Shown piece after piece: positions 19,743 to 29,649 of a DNA stretch of 64,000 bases. A program made the translations under genes and the position numbers. This DNA is from Vulcanimicrobiota bacterium (lineage in GTDB: Bacteria > Vulcanimicrobiota > Vulcanimicrobiia > Vulcanimicrobiales > Vulcanimicrobiaceae). The DNA is taken from contig OY970223.1 in NCBI GenBank assembly GCA_963714015.1, positions 1,664,001 to 1,728,000 on the forward strand, given 5' to 3'. A model generated the notes under the pieces. The model saw only the letters and a program-made list of their open reading frames with translations, was not told where the DNA came from and made no database searches. Numbering within the stretch: position 1 is the first letter of the stretch; every line of letters starts with the position of its first letter.

Positions 19743-20093
19743 ATGAAATATGCGTGTCTCATTTTTGGTGACGACGAACCGTTGCCCGAAGGCGAGCAGT
19801 CGAAGCTGCGCGACGACAGCATCGCCTATCATGAAGAGCTGAAGCGGAAGGGTCACCTCGTGGCCCTGGAGGCACTTGAGGACCCGGAAACGGCAACGAC
19901 GGTTCGTAAACGTGAGGGCAAGCTGTCGATGACTGACGGCCCATTTGCCGAAATCAAGGAGCATTTGGGAGGGTTCTTCATTATAGAAGCTCGCGATTTG
20001 AATGAAGCGATTCGCCTGGCCGGCGACCATCCGGCAGCCCGCTGGGATGCTGTTGAAATCCGTCCCGTGCGCGAAATTCCCAAACCGTCGTGA
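19743..20093 (+). CDS. YciI/DGPF family protein
   Basis: MKYACLI, ATTVR, TDGPFAEIKEHLGGFF, EIRPV. Confidence 0.92.
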   Translation: MKYACLIFGDDEPLPEGEQSKLRDDSIAYHEELKRKGHLVALEALEDPETATTVRKREGKLSMTDGPFAEIKEHLGGFFIIEARDLNEAIRLAGDHPAARWDAVEIRPVREIPKPS

Positions 20094-21340
20094 TTCGAAG
20101 TCCGGGCGATCCCGACGATGCCGCCGCTGCATTAGGCCGGATCTACGCGGCCGAATCGCGTCACGTCCTGGCGACGCTGATTCGGCTCCTCGGCGATTTC
20201 GAACTCGCTGAGGACGCGCTGCATGAAGCGTTCCTCGCGGCGGCAGAGCAGTGGCCGCACGAAGGGACGCCGGGCAATCCGCGGTCGTGGCTCATTTCTG
20301 CCGGGCGGTTTCGCGCAATCGATGCCGTGCGCCGGCGCGCGCGCTACGATGCTTCCGTCAAGCGGCTTGCCGGCCAGTGGAAAGTCAGTGAGGAATTGGG
20401 CGTGGATCTCGACTACATTGCGGACGACGACCTGCGGCTCATCTTTCTATGCTGTCACCCTGCTCTATCGATAGACGCTCAGGTCGCGCTGACGCTCCGC
20501 GAAGCGTGCGGTTTGACGACGGAAGAAATCGCGCAAGCGTTCGTAGCAAAGGCGCCGGCTATCGCTCAACGCATCGTGCGCGCCAAGGCCAAGATTCGCG
20601 ATGCGCGCGTTCCGTACGAGCTGCCGCCTCCCAAAGAAGTGCCGTCGCGCTTGCGCGGCGTGCTGCATGTGATCTATCTGCTCTTTAACGAAGGGTACGA
20701 AGCATCGTCCGGCCCTACGCTGCTGCGTGTCGACCTTTGCGGCGAAGCGATCCGCTTAGCGCAGTTGATCGTCGAAATCATGCCGGAGCCCGAAATTTAC
20801 GCGTTGACTGCTCTGATGATGTTCCAGCATAGCCGGCGGGACGCGCGCACGGACCCCTCCGGTGACCTCATTCTTCTAAGCGATCAAGACCGTTCTAAAT
20901 GGGATCGATCGGAAATCGCGCGAGCCGAAGCGTTTTTGGAGCATGCGCTTCGGTCCGGGTGCAGCGGGCGTTTCGCATGCGAGGCGTCCATCGCGCAGGT
21001 CCATGCGGCGGCGGAAAGTCCGGAAGCCACCGACTGGTCCCGAGTCGTTCGGTTGTACGACGCTCTTCTCGAGATTGAGCCCTCTCCGATCGTCGAGCTT
21101 AACCGCGCCGCCGCCATAGCAATGCGTGACGGTCCGGCCGCGGGACTGGCTATCATGAACGACGTCATGGCCCGTGGAGGATTGACCGAGTATCGGTTCG
21201 CTCACGCAGCGCGCGCGGATATGTATCGGCGTCTGGGACGAACGCAAGAAGCCAGATCCGCATACGCCGACGCTTTGGCGCTCACCCGGCAAGAGACGGA
21301 ACGCCGGTACCTCCTGCGCAGACTGAGCGAATTGAATTAG
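20090..21340 (+). CDS. ECF42-type sigma factor with C-terminal TPR
   Basis: DDDLRLIFLCCHPAL, QRIVRAKAKI, YLLFNEGY, SPIVELNRA; overlaps YciI stop (GTGA). Confidence 0.92.
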   Translation: MIRSPGDPDDAAAALGRIYAAESRHVLATLIRLLGDFELAEDALHEAFLAAAEQWPHEGTPGNPRSWLISAGRFRAIDAVRRRARYDASVKRLAGQWKVSEELGVDLDYIADDDLRLIFLCCHPALSIDAQVALTLREACGLTTEEIAQAFVAKAPAIAQRIVRAKAKIRDARVPYELPPPKEVPSRLRGVLHVIYLLFNEGYEASSGPTLLRVDLCGEAIRLAQLIVEIMPEPEIYALTALMMFQHSRRDARTDPSGDLILLSDQDRSKWDRSEIARAEAFLEHALRSGCSGRFACEASIAQVHAAAESPEATDWSRVVRLYDALLEIEPSPIVELNRAAAIAMRDGPAAGLAIMNDVMARGGLTEYRFAHAARADMYRRLGRTQEARSAYADALALTRQETERRYLLRRLSELN

Positions 21341-21364
21341 CGCAAAGCAGTCCGGTCGCGCGAC

Positions 21365-21391
21365 GGTCACCTTTTACGGTTTCCGCGCGTC
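21365..21391 (+). promoter_or_regulatory. ECF41-type promoter GGTCACC-N16-CGTC
   Basis: Close to the ECF41 consensus TGTCACA-N16-CGTC, directly upstream of the ECF41 gene. Confidence 0.6.
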
Positions 21392-21401
21392 GAAGGGACG
21401 G

Positions 21402-22294
21402 ATGATACGGAACAGTGTCGTTGTGAACAAAACGTCCGGCGGCGATGCGCAAAAGGCCGTGACGTTCCAAAGGGAACGCCCGCATCTGCTTTCGGTTGCG
21501 TTCAGAATCCTGGGTTCCGAGTCCGACGCCGAAGACGTCGTGCAGGATACCTGGATTAAGTTTTCGCTTGCGGACACGGACGCCGTTCGAAATATCTCTG
21601 CCTGGTTGACGACGGTGGCGACGAGAGTTTGTCTCGATATGCTGCGTCGGCGACGGGAAATCTCACTCGAGGCAGAGTTGTCGCAAGATATGCGCGATGA
21701 ACCTCAGGAAGCGGCATTGTTAGCGGAGGAGTTGACCGCTGCTTTTGTCGTCGTTCTCGACGAGTTAACTCCCGCCCAACGTGTGGCGCTCGTTCTCCAC
21801 GATGCGTTCGGCGCGACGTTCGAAGAGATAGCGCGTATCTTAGGAATAAACAGCGTTTCGGCCAAGAAATTGGCGAGCCGGGCGCGAGGTCGGGTTCGGC
21901 GGTCCATTCCGGGGTCGCCGGAGCATCCCACTGAGAGCGCAGCAAATCGTGGAGGCATTTCTGCAAGCCGCTCGAGAGGGTAACGTCGATCGCCTCGTGG
22001 CGCTTCTCGATCCTGACGTCATTCGGCTTGCCGATGCGCACGTTCTTCCGCCAGGGAGGACGCCAGCGCATTCAAGGGCGCGAGGCGGTCGTGGAACAGA
22101 CGCTGGCGTTTAGAGCGAATGCCATGCGGGCGAAGACGGCGATCGTCGACTTCCGCCCCGGCATCGTGGTTTTGGCCGGAGGCATTGTTCAGGCGGCGAT
22201 CGTCATAAGCGTGCGTAACGAACGGATCGTCCGATACGAAGTCGTTGCAGATCCCCAACGTCTACACGTGCTGAACGTCGATCCGGCGAAATGA
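21402..22294 (+). CDS. ECF41 (SigJ-like) sigma factor with SnoaL-like C-terminus (frameshifts ~21936 and ~22055)
   Basis: AEDVVQDTW, WLTTVATRVCLD.LR, VLHDAFG..F.EIA, LASRAR; then IVEAFLQAAREG...LLDPDV and ADPQRL in shifted frames. Confidence 0.85.
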
Positions 22295-22638
22295 CCCACA
22301 TCTATCCTGCCGTTGCAGGGGCGACGATATTCGTAAACGCCGGAGCCGCAATCGGCGACTTTGTAAAAGCGCGCTTCGTCGTGAAGAACGCCGCCCAAGT
22401 CGGTGTTCCGGCGTCATGGATTCCGATTCTGGGTGCGCTAAAAGCTGCGGGTGTGGCGGGCCTGCTCTTGAGCGTGCTGGGCGTGCCGATCATCGGAACC
22501 GCCGCCTCTGCGGGTCTGACCGCGTTCTTTATCGGAGCGCTTACTGCGCATGTGCGCGCGGGCGTGTTCTACAATATCGCCTTTCCGGGCGTGTACCTGG
22601 CGCTCGCGGCGACGTCGTTAGTGCTGTCGATCCGGTAA
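22291..22638 (+). CDS. DoxX-like membrane protein
   Basis: LGALKAAG.AGLL, FFIGAL.AHVRA; 4 TM; ATGA overlap with the sigma gene. Confidence 0.85.
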   Translation: MTHIYPAVAGATIFVNAGAAIGDFVKARFVVKNAAQVGVPASWIPILGALKAAGVAGLLLSVLGVPIIGTAASAGLTAFFIGALTAHVRAGVFYNIAFPGVYLALAATSLVLSIR

Positions 22639-22649
22639 GACGCCGGGTT

Positions 22650-23465
22650 CTACGCGGATCGTTCGTATCGTGCGATTGCGTTGACGGCCGCGGGCTCGGG
22701 CGAGGGCACGAGCCAGAGCATTGCGCAGAGCGTCAGGATCGCCGAAACCGCCAGCGTCGGCGTAATGCCTATCCAACCGGCCAAGATACCCCCGGCGGCG
22801 GCGCCGACCGGCGCGCTGGCCGAGTTGATGGTTCGCATCGTGGCGTGCATTCTGGCCTGCATCGGGAGCGGGGTAATGCGCTGGCGGTATGTCAGTTGAA
22901 CGATGTTGTAAAGGGGAGCGGCCGCGCTGGACAACAGCAGCGCGACCGCCGAGATTATCAGCGGGGAGCCGAAAACCGCCATCGGCAGCAGTGCGCGTGC
23001 GGCGAAAGTGAGCATAATGCCGGCGCAGAGCGCACCGGTCAAACCGAGCCGCGCCTCGATCCTGGGCGTGAACATTACGCCTAGAAAACCTACGTTCGAG
23101 AATGCGAACAACAACCCAAGCACGAGCGGGCTAACGCCCAGCGTGCGATAGAAGAAGATCAACGAAACGACCTGCGCGATGGAACCGGCCATATTCAGCG
23201 TAGCCGACGAGAGCGCGATTCGTCCGAGGTTTCCCGTCGAGAATACAAACCGCAGGCCGTCCAAAATATCGGATGCTACCGACGTGCTCCGCTCTTCCTT
23301 AGGAACGCGCGCCTCGGAGTCTTTGACGAGGAGCAGCGTGGCCGCCGACCCCAAATACGAGAACGCGTCGACGAAGAGTGCGAAAGGCGCGGCAAAAACG
23401 TGAATGAGAATGCCGCCTACCGCCGGACCGGCCGACTGGGCTGCCGTGTTGCTGAAGATTCTCAC
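22650..23465 (-). pseudogene. MFS transporter fragment lacking its first ~4 TM helices
   Basis: Begins at the TM5 motif AQSAGPAVGG; the upstream sequence is AT-rich non-coding DNA. Confidence 0.65.
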
Positions 23466-23515
23466 AACTTAAACGCACAGGTTAAAAGGGGGCACTTATT
23501 GGCAACAAGCGATGC

Positions 23516-24834
23516 ATGCACGCAGTCGCGGTATTCGGATGCGGTTACGTCGGTCTGGTTACCGGAGTCTGTTTGGCGCACTTAGGGAACGACGTGCGCT
23601 GTTACGACACCGATCTAACGAAGATTCGCATGCTGCAGTCTGACGGCGTGCCGTTTTACGAACCGCAGTTGCAAGCGATGCTTCAAAGATGCAGCGGCAA
23701 GGCAGGCTGCATTTTACCGGTTCCGCGCAAGCCGCGCTCGCGGGCGCAGACGTAGCCTTTATTGCCGTCGGCACACCGAGCGGCCCAACGGGCGAAGCGG
23801 ACCTCACGTACGTCAGGCAGGCAGCGCGCGAGATTGCGCAATACGCCGGCGGTAATTTGCTGGTCGTCAATAAGTCGACGGTTCCGGTCGATACCGCCGA
23901 TTTGGTAGAGCGTATAGTACGGGAGAATGCGACGGCCGGATGCAGTATCACCGTTGCGTCAAACCCCGAATTCCTGCGCGAAGGCAGTGCGGTTGGGGAC
24001 TTCATGCATCCGGATCGGATCGTGATCGGCTGTAACGATCGAAACGACGCCGAGCTGCTGATGCGGCTCTACGCGCCCCTGGGGGCGCCGGTGCACTTGG
24101 TCGACGTCCATACCGCCGAGATGATCAAGTATGCCGCGAACGCTTTCTTGGCCGCGCGCATCTCTTTTGCGAACGAGATCGCCAATCTTTGTGCCGCGGT
24201 GGGTGCCGACGTCGATGGCGTCATCGCCGGAATCTCCGCCGATTCCCGAATCGGAGGCGGCTATTTGAATCCGGGGCTGGGGTTTGGAGGATCGTGTCTG
24301 CCGAAAGACGTCAACGCGCTGATTCACCTCGCTCGAACGCGCGCGGTCGAACCGACGATGCTGGAAGCCACCCTCAGCGTCAACCGGCGGCAAGTCGTGC
24401 GCGCGGTGAACCTTATGGAAGAGCTCTTAGGCGATCTCTGCGATTGCCCTATCGCCATAGCGGGCCTGGCATTTAAAGGCGGTACGGACGATTTGCGAGA
24501 GTCGCCCGCTCTCGTTCTGGTGCAATCACTCTTGACGCGCGGCGCGCGGATAACTGTTCACGATCCGCATGCACTCCAAGCCGCCCGTAAGTCGCTCGAA
24601 GGGAGCGTGCGTTACGCTGACTCTGCATACGCAGCGGCGAGGGGGGTCCGTGCTTTTGCGATCGCGAGCGACGATCGCAGCTATGCGGCTCTCCAGTGGA
24701 AGCGCATCGCCGCCGTCATGAAAGGAACGGACGTGTTCGATTTACGCAACCGGGCCAACCCCCGCTCCGTGCGATACGCCGGTTTGAATTATCATGGCGT
24801 CGGCAGAACAGTACGGGAGGCGCTCGTTTCGTGA
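23516..24834 (+). CDS. ugd: UDP-glucose/GDP-mannose dehydrogenase family protein (frameshift ~23688)
   Basis: GCGYVG, IAVGTP, NKSTVP, SNPEFLREG, GFGGSCLPKD, GLAFK..TDD.RESP. Confidence 0.9.
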
Positions 24835-25796
24835 AAGTGTTGATTGCCGGAGCGGCCGGCTTTCTCGGATCGCACTTGGCGCAAGCATGCCGAGCCCGCG
24901 GTGATCACACGATCGGCGTGGACAATTTCGCATCTTCGAGCATCGCCAATCTCGCCGGGCTGGCGAACGATGCGGGCTTTTCTTTTGTCGAGGCCGACGT
25001 TGCCCGGGGGCTGCCGGATGCCGGGCCGATCGACGCCGTGCTGCACTTTGCTTCGCCTGCGAGCCCCAAAGACTACGCCTCAATTCCTATAGAAACGCTC
25101 GAAGTCAATTCCCGCGGAACGCAAAACTGCTGCCGGCTGGCCCTGCGCTATGGCGCGCGCTTGCTTTATGCGTCGACGTCCGAGGTCTACGGCGATCCCG
25201 CCGTGCATCCGCAGCCCGAAACGTATTGGGGAAACGTCAACTCGATCGGCGAGCGCTCCTGTTACGACGAGGGCAAGCGCTTCGGCGAGGCGATGGTCAT
25301 GGCGTACGCGCGCATTCATGGCCTGGACGCGCGAATCGTTCGCATTTTCAATACATACGGTCCGCGCATGCGCGCGAACGACGGCCGGGTCGTTCCGACG
25401 CTCGTACGCCAGGCGCTTGCGGGCGAGCCCCTAACGATCTTCGGTGACGGAACCCAGACCCGCTCGCTCTGCTACGTCGACGATTTAGTTGACGGTATTC
25501 TGCGCTTTCTGGATCATCCGCGACCCGGCGAGCGCGTGATTAATCTCGGTTCCGAAGACGAACTTACGGTAAACGAGATTGCGCAAACCGTCGCCCGCCT
25601 TTGCGGCGTGGCCGTTACGATGCGCCGCGAACCGCTGCCGCCCGACGATCCGGCGCGCCGGCGTCCCGATCTTACACGCGCGAAATCGATCTTGGGGTGG
25701 TCGCCGCAGACTCCGCTGCAGGTTGGACTATCCAAGACGATCGCGTGGTTCAAAGAAGAGTTGCAAACCGAAAAGGGAGTACCCGCACGATGCTGA
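24831..25796 (+). CDS. UDP-glucuronate decarboxylase-like extended SDR
   Basis: GAAGFLGSH, HFASPASP, STSEVYGDP, YWGNVN, CYDEGKR, RIFNTYGPRM. Confidence 0.9.
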   Translation: MKVLIAGAAGFLGSHLAQACRARGDHTIGVDNFASSSIANLAGLANDAGFSFVEADVARGLPDAGPIDAVLHFASPASPKDYASIPIETLEVNSRGTQNCCRLALRYGARLLYASTSEVYGDPAVHPQPETYWGNVNSIGERSCYDEGKRFGEAMVMAYARIHGLDARIVRIFNTYGPRMRANDGRVVPTLVRQALAGEPLTIFGDGTQTRSLCYVDDLVDGILRFLDHPRPGERVINLGSEDELTVNEIAQTVARLCGVAVTMRREPLPPDDPARRRPDLTRAKSILGWSPQTPLQVGLSKTIAWFKEELQTEKGVPARC

Positions 25797-26515
25797 TGAC
25801 CGCTGGTGACATAGACAATGCTGCCCGTCGAACGCTGCAGGGCACGTTCATCGTAACGGGCGGCGCTTCGGGGTTAGGTTTGGCAATCGCACAGGCTATC
25901 GATGCGGCCGGCGGGAGGGCGATCGTCTTCGACATCAACTCTCCGCCCGGCGATATCGAGCACCGGATCGTCGACGTGTCCGAGGGCGCCGGCGTAAGAG
26001 AGCACGTCGATGCGATCGCCGCGCAGTACGGCGAGCTCGCCGGTGTCGTCGCAAACGCCGGCGTCGACGCTTGCGGCAAGTTTCTGGACGTTGAAGCGGA
26101 TGCGTGGGAGCGCGTGATCAAAGTCAATCTCATCGGAACTGCGTCGCTGATTCGCGCGGCACTGCCGCATCTGCAGCCGCAGCGCGGGCGCGTCGTGACA
26201 GTCGCCTCGACTTTGGGGCTGCGCGCGCTTAGCGATGCGACGGCCTACTGCGCGAGCAAATTCGGCGTCGTGGGATTCACTCGCGCGCTCGCAGCCGAAC
26301 TCGGCTCGCAAGTTGGTGTAACGCTGCTTTTGCCGGGCGGAATGCGCACGCATTTCTTCGATGGCCGCGACGAGAAGTACAAGCCGGCCCCCGATGCGCA
26401 TCTCAACCGGCCGGAAGACGTAGCGCAGGCGGTCGTCTTCGCTCTATCGCAGCCGCCGGGGTGCGACGTGCGCGAGATGCTCATCTGCCCAGCCGGAGAA
26501 ACGTCGTGGCCGTAG
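25790..26515 (+). CDS. SDR family oxidoreductase
   Basis: TGGASGLG, ANAG, YCASKF. Confidence 0.9.
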   Translation: MLMTAGDIDNAARRTLQGTFIVTGGASGLGLAIAQAIDAAGGRAIVFDINSPPGDIEHRIVDVSEGAGVREHVDAIAAQYGELAGVVANAGVDACGKFLDVEADAWERVIKVNLIGTASLIRAALPHLQPQRGRVVTVASTLGLRALSDATAYCASKFGVVGFTRALAAELGSQVGVTLLLPGGMRTHFFDGRDEKYKPAPDAHLNRPEDVAQAVVFALSQPPGCDVREMLICPAGETSWP

Positions 26516-26883
26516 ACGTTTTCAGGGGGCCGGCGTTCTCGGACGCGCTCGCGGAGCATTTGGCGGCGATTGCGGTTCGCGACGCCGAGCGCTTTGCCGC
26601 AACCGTCAGCACGCGCGACGTGCGGCTCGTCGGAGGCGACGGCTCGATCATTGAAGGTCATGCGAACGTGGTTGCTGCGCACCGGGGCTGGTTCGCACAA
26701 GCCGGTTGGACGTTCGAACCGGAGATACTTTGGATGCGTGAGGTCGACGGTTGCGGATGGGCGCTCACGCGCGTCCGTTACACCGAGGCAGACTCTTTGC
26801 GGACGTTCTTGCTCTTCTTGCTTTTCGCCCTGGAAGAAGACGGGTGGAGACTCGTCTTCGATCAGAACACGCCCTTAGGCTAA
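26506..26883 (+). CDS. SnoaL/DUF4440-like protein
   Basis: HLAAI..RD...F, GWRLVFDQNT. Confidence 0.75.
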   Translation: MAVDVFRGPAFSDALAEHLAAIAVRDAERFAATVSTRDVRLVGGDGSIIEGHANVVAAHRGWFAQAGWTFEPEILWMREVDGCGWALTRVRYTEADSLRTFLLFLLFALEEDGWRLVFDQNTPLG

Positions 26884-27136
26884 ACATACACGCCGCGGGA
26901 GTATCCGTCCGTTGCTTTGTAAGAGGGAGCAACCTCGCCGCAATGGCTGTGACTCTAACGTCTTTGTATTGCGTTGTACACAGTAGATATCGCGCTCAAT
27001 CGTCGTCACATTTACCCTAAAGCCGGATACCCGCTTGTCCGATATTCGCGATTAGGAAACTCAAGGCGCTGCAGTTTTACGCAGACGGCTTGATTACTTT
27101 CCTCGCTGATGCTTTTCAGGTTGATGGAGACGAACT

Positions 27137-27559
27137 GTGCAAACTCAAATTTATCGTGAACAGCACGAAAAACTCAGAAAGATCGCCGGTGAAATTCCGA
27201 CTGTAGCGTCGCAGGCTTCTGAAGCCGTGATTCGTGGGCAGATGGTTAAGTTCATCGGGACGCTTCGCGCGCACCTCGCCATGGAAGATACCTATCTCTA
27301 TCCGGTGATGCTCGAGCATGCGGACCCGAACATCCGCTCAAAGGCTCAGTCTTTCAAGCAAGAGATGGGAGATCTTGCCTCCGTCGTTGACGCCTTCCAC
27401 CACAAATGGTCGAGAGCCGGCGCCATTACGGACGATCCGAACGCGTTCGTACAAGCATGGATCGGAGTCCGTTCTGCGCTGCTCAATAGGATGAATCGCG
27501 AGGACTCGGATCTGTACGAACTGATTGACAAGAAAGTCGATCTGCGCCGTAGCGCATAA
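27137..27559 (+). CDS. Hemerythrin-like domain protein
   Basis: QH, HLAMED.YLYP, R..RED..LY; SD GGAG. Confidence 0.8.
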   Translation: MQTQIYREQHEKLRKIAGEIPTVASQASEAVIRGQMVKFIGTLRAHLAMEDTYLYPVMLEHADPNIRSKAQSFKQEMGDLASVVDAFHHKWSRAGAITDDPNAFVQAWIGVRSALLNRMNREDSDLYELIDKKVDLRRSA

Positions 27560-27596
27560 GCGTCCCCGGGGGATCGCAACTGCACCACCTTTCGAA

Positions 27597-28358
27597 TTAT
27601 TCGGGCTTGACCTCTTCGGGAGGTGGGGTGCGGCGGAAAAACGTCCAGTACAAGGCGGCGTTGACGAGCTGAAGCGTTGCGGCCGCTTCGACCATAGCGC
27701 CGATCCAAAACGAGTGCAGCAATATGCCGGCGATGGAAGGGCCGACCATCGAGGCGAACTGCGACGGCACATTCGCGATGCTCGCTGTTGACGAGAACGC
27801 GCACGAGAAATATGGATCCGGCGAGCCACACGGTCGGCATGAACGGCAAACGGCCAATAGTGGTCAAAATATATCCGAAGGCGCCGCCGACGGCCACAAT
27901 CATCGAAAAGGCTGCAAAGATTCGCGTACGATTCTCGTGCTGCACATGTTCGGCAACCAGAGCGCCTGCTCTGCCGAGTAGAACGGACCGTAGGACCCAC
28001 CGGATGCCGGTCCGCCGCCTCGGCCGATGGTTCCGACCGCGCCCGCGATCGCCGGCAGCCATAGGGGCATATCGAAGTAGAACGCCAGTGCCGCAACCAA
28101 GCTCAATAAGCTGAACGCCGCCAGAACGATCTTGCGGCCGAAGCGGTCGCTCAAGAAGCCCGCCGCAAGACCGAGTACGGCGCTTCCGCTTGCCCAGACC
28201 GTTACGAACACGCCTGCTTCAGCGACGCTCGCGCCCCGGGCGAGTAAATAAATGGGCGTTATGATCCCAAGGTACGCCTGATTGAAGCTGCGCAGCATGC
28301 GGCCGATCGAAAGAAATCGCAACGACGTCGAGGCGGCAAGCGCGCGATATGTGTCCAC
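27597..28358 (-). pseudogene. MFS transporter with internal deletions and frameshifts
   Basis: Intact start (SDRFGRK) and end (FFRRTPPPEE) but only ~250 codons across three frames. Confidence 0.7.
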
Positions 28359-28432
28359 GTAAAGCCGTATTCCCTTTGGGGCAATGCGACCTACAATGAC
28401 TTTTCGAGCTGTTCAACCAAATGAGCTGCCGG

Positions 28433-29213
28433 ATGAAGATCGGCGATGCGCTCAAAGCGACCGCGAGTCTGTGGCAAAAACATCGCGTCTCTCGCGTCGG
28501 CGCCGCGCTGTCGTTCTATGCGGTCTTTTCCCTTGCGCCGCTCATTCTCACGCTCGTGGTTCTTTCGCGCCTGCTGCTGGGACCGCAGTATGCCCTGCAT
28601 GCCGTAGAGGCTCAATTGCAACCTCTGCTCGGATCGAAAGGGACGCAGGGCGTCGACGTGCTGGTACGCGCCGCGCAGCACAAGATTTCGGCGACACCGC
28701 TGATTGTCGGCGCAGGTCTCGTGCTGCTTTCCGTAGGTGCAATCTTTATGCAGTTGCAGGAAGCTCTTGATGACGTTTGGGGAATTCCCGAAAAAAAACG
28801 CGGCGGATTCTGGGAAATCGTGGGCCTGCGTCTGCACGTCCTCATTTTGATTGCCGCCTTACTGGTCTTTGCGCTGGTTTCGCTGCTGGCGGTAGCCGCA
28901 GCCGGTTTGACTCTCGCCGCGGTAGTGAACATCGCCGCGCTTATCATCTTTCTCACCTTGACGTATCGCGTGCTGCCGCGAACGAACGTAGGGTGGAGAA
29001 GCGGCCTGCTCGGCGCGCTCGTGACGGGCGGCATTCTGCTCATCGGAGAGGTTTTGATCTCAGTCTACTTCGATCGCTTTCACCCGGAGGCGGCATATGG
29101 AAGCGCAGGTTCGTTCATCATCGTCCTCATCTGGATTTATTACTCAACGCAGTCTGTTCTTGTTCGGGGCGGTATTGACGCGCGTTTTGGAGAGCGACGT
29201 CGCTCGGGGATAG
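28433..29213 (+). CDS. YihY/BrkB family membrane protein (frameshift ~29153)
   Basis: AALSFYAVFSLAP, LQEALD.VW, YGSAGS...LIWIYYS; QLFLFGA continues in the shifted frame. Confidence 0.88.
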
Positions 29214-29261
29214 ACAGCGGGCGCGCGCCCGTGGTAGTATTCACCTAAAATCTTAGGTGAA
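29211..29261 (+). promoter_or_regulatory. Promoter (TAGACA-18-TAGTAT, extended -10) and palindromic BlaI-type operator
   Basis: TTCACCTAA-AATC-TTAGGTGAA at 29240-29261, immediately after the -10. Confidence 0.78.
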
Positions 29262-29274
29262 CACCGGAGGGGCC

Positions 29275-29649
29275 GTGCCCAGGGCAAAATCCGAGAGTCT
29301 TACCGAGGTCGAGCAGCGCGTCATGGAGGTGCTCTGGTCTGCCGGCAGCGGTACCGTAAGTGAAGTCGTGAGCGTTATCAAAGCGCCGCGACCGCTTGCC
29401 TTCAATACCGTTCAGACGATTCTGCGGATTCTGGAGCAAAAAGGCTACGTGCGCCACACTGAAGAGGGCCGCGCGTTCCGGTATCACGCGGTCGTCGATC
29501 GCTCCGCCGCTTCGCGCTCCGCAGTGCAGAACGTCGTGCGGCGCTTCTTCGGATCGCCGGGAAAACTGGCGCTGAATCTGATTGAAAGCGACCGGTTAAC
29601 GCCGGAAGAGCTTGCGCATCTTCGCCGCCTATTGGATGGCCGGAAATGA
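29275..29649 (+). CDS. BlaI/MecI/CopY family repressor
   Basis: LTEVE..VMEVLW, LAFNTVQTILRILEQKGYV, GRAFRY; SD GGAGG. Confidence 0.92.
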   Translation: MPRAKSESLTEVEQRVMEVLWSAGSGTVSEVVSVIKAPRPLAFNTVQTILRILEQKGYVRHTEEGRAFRYHAVVDRSAASRSAVQNVVRRFFGSPGKLALNLIESDRLTPEELAHLRRLLDGRK

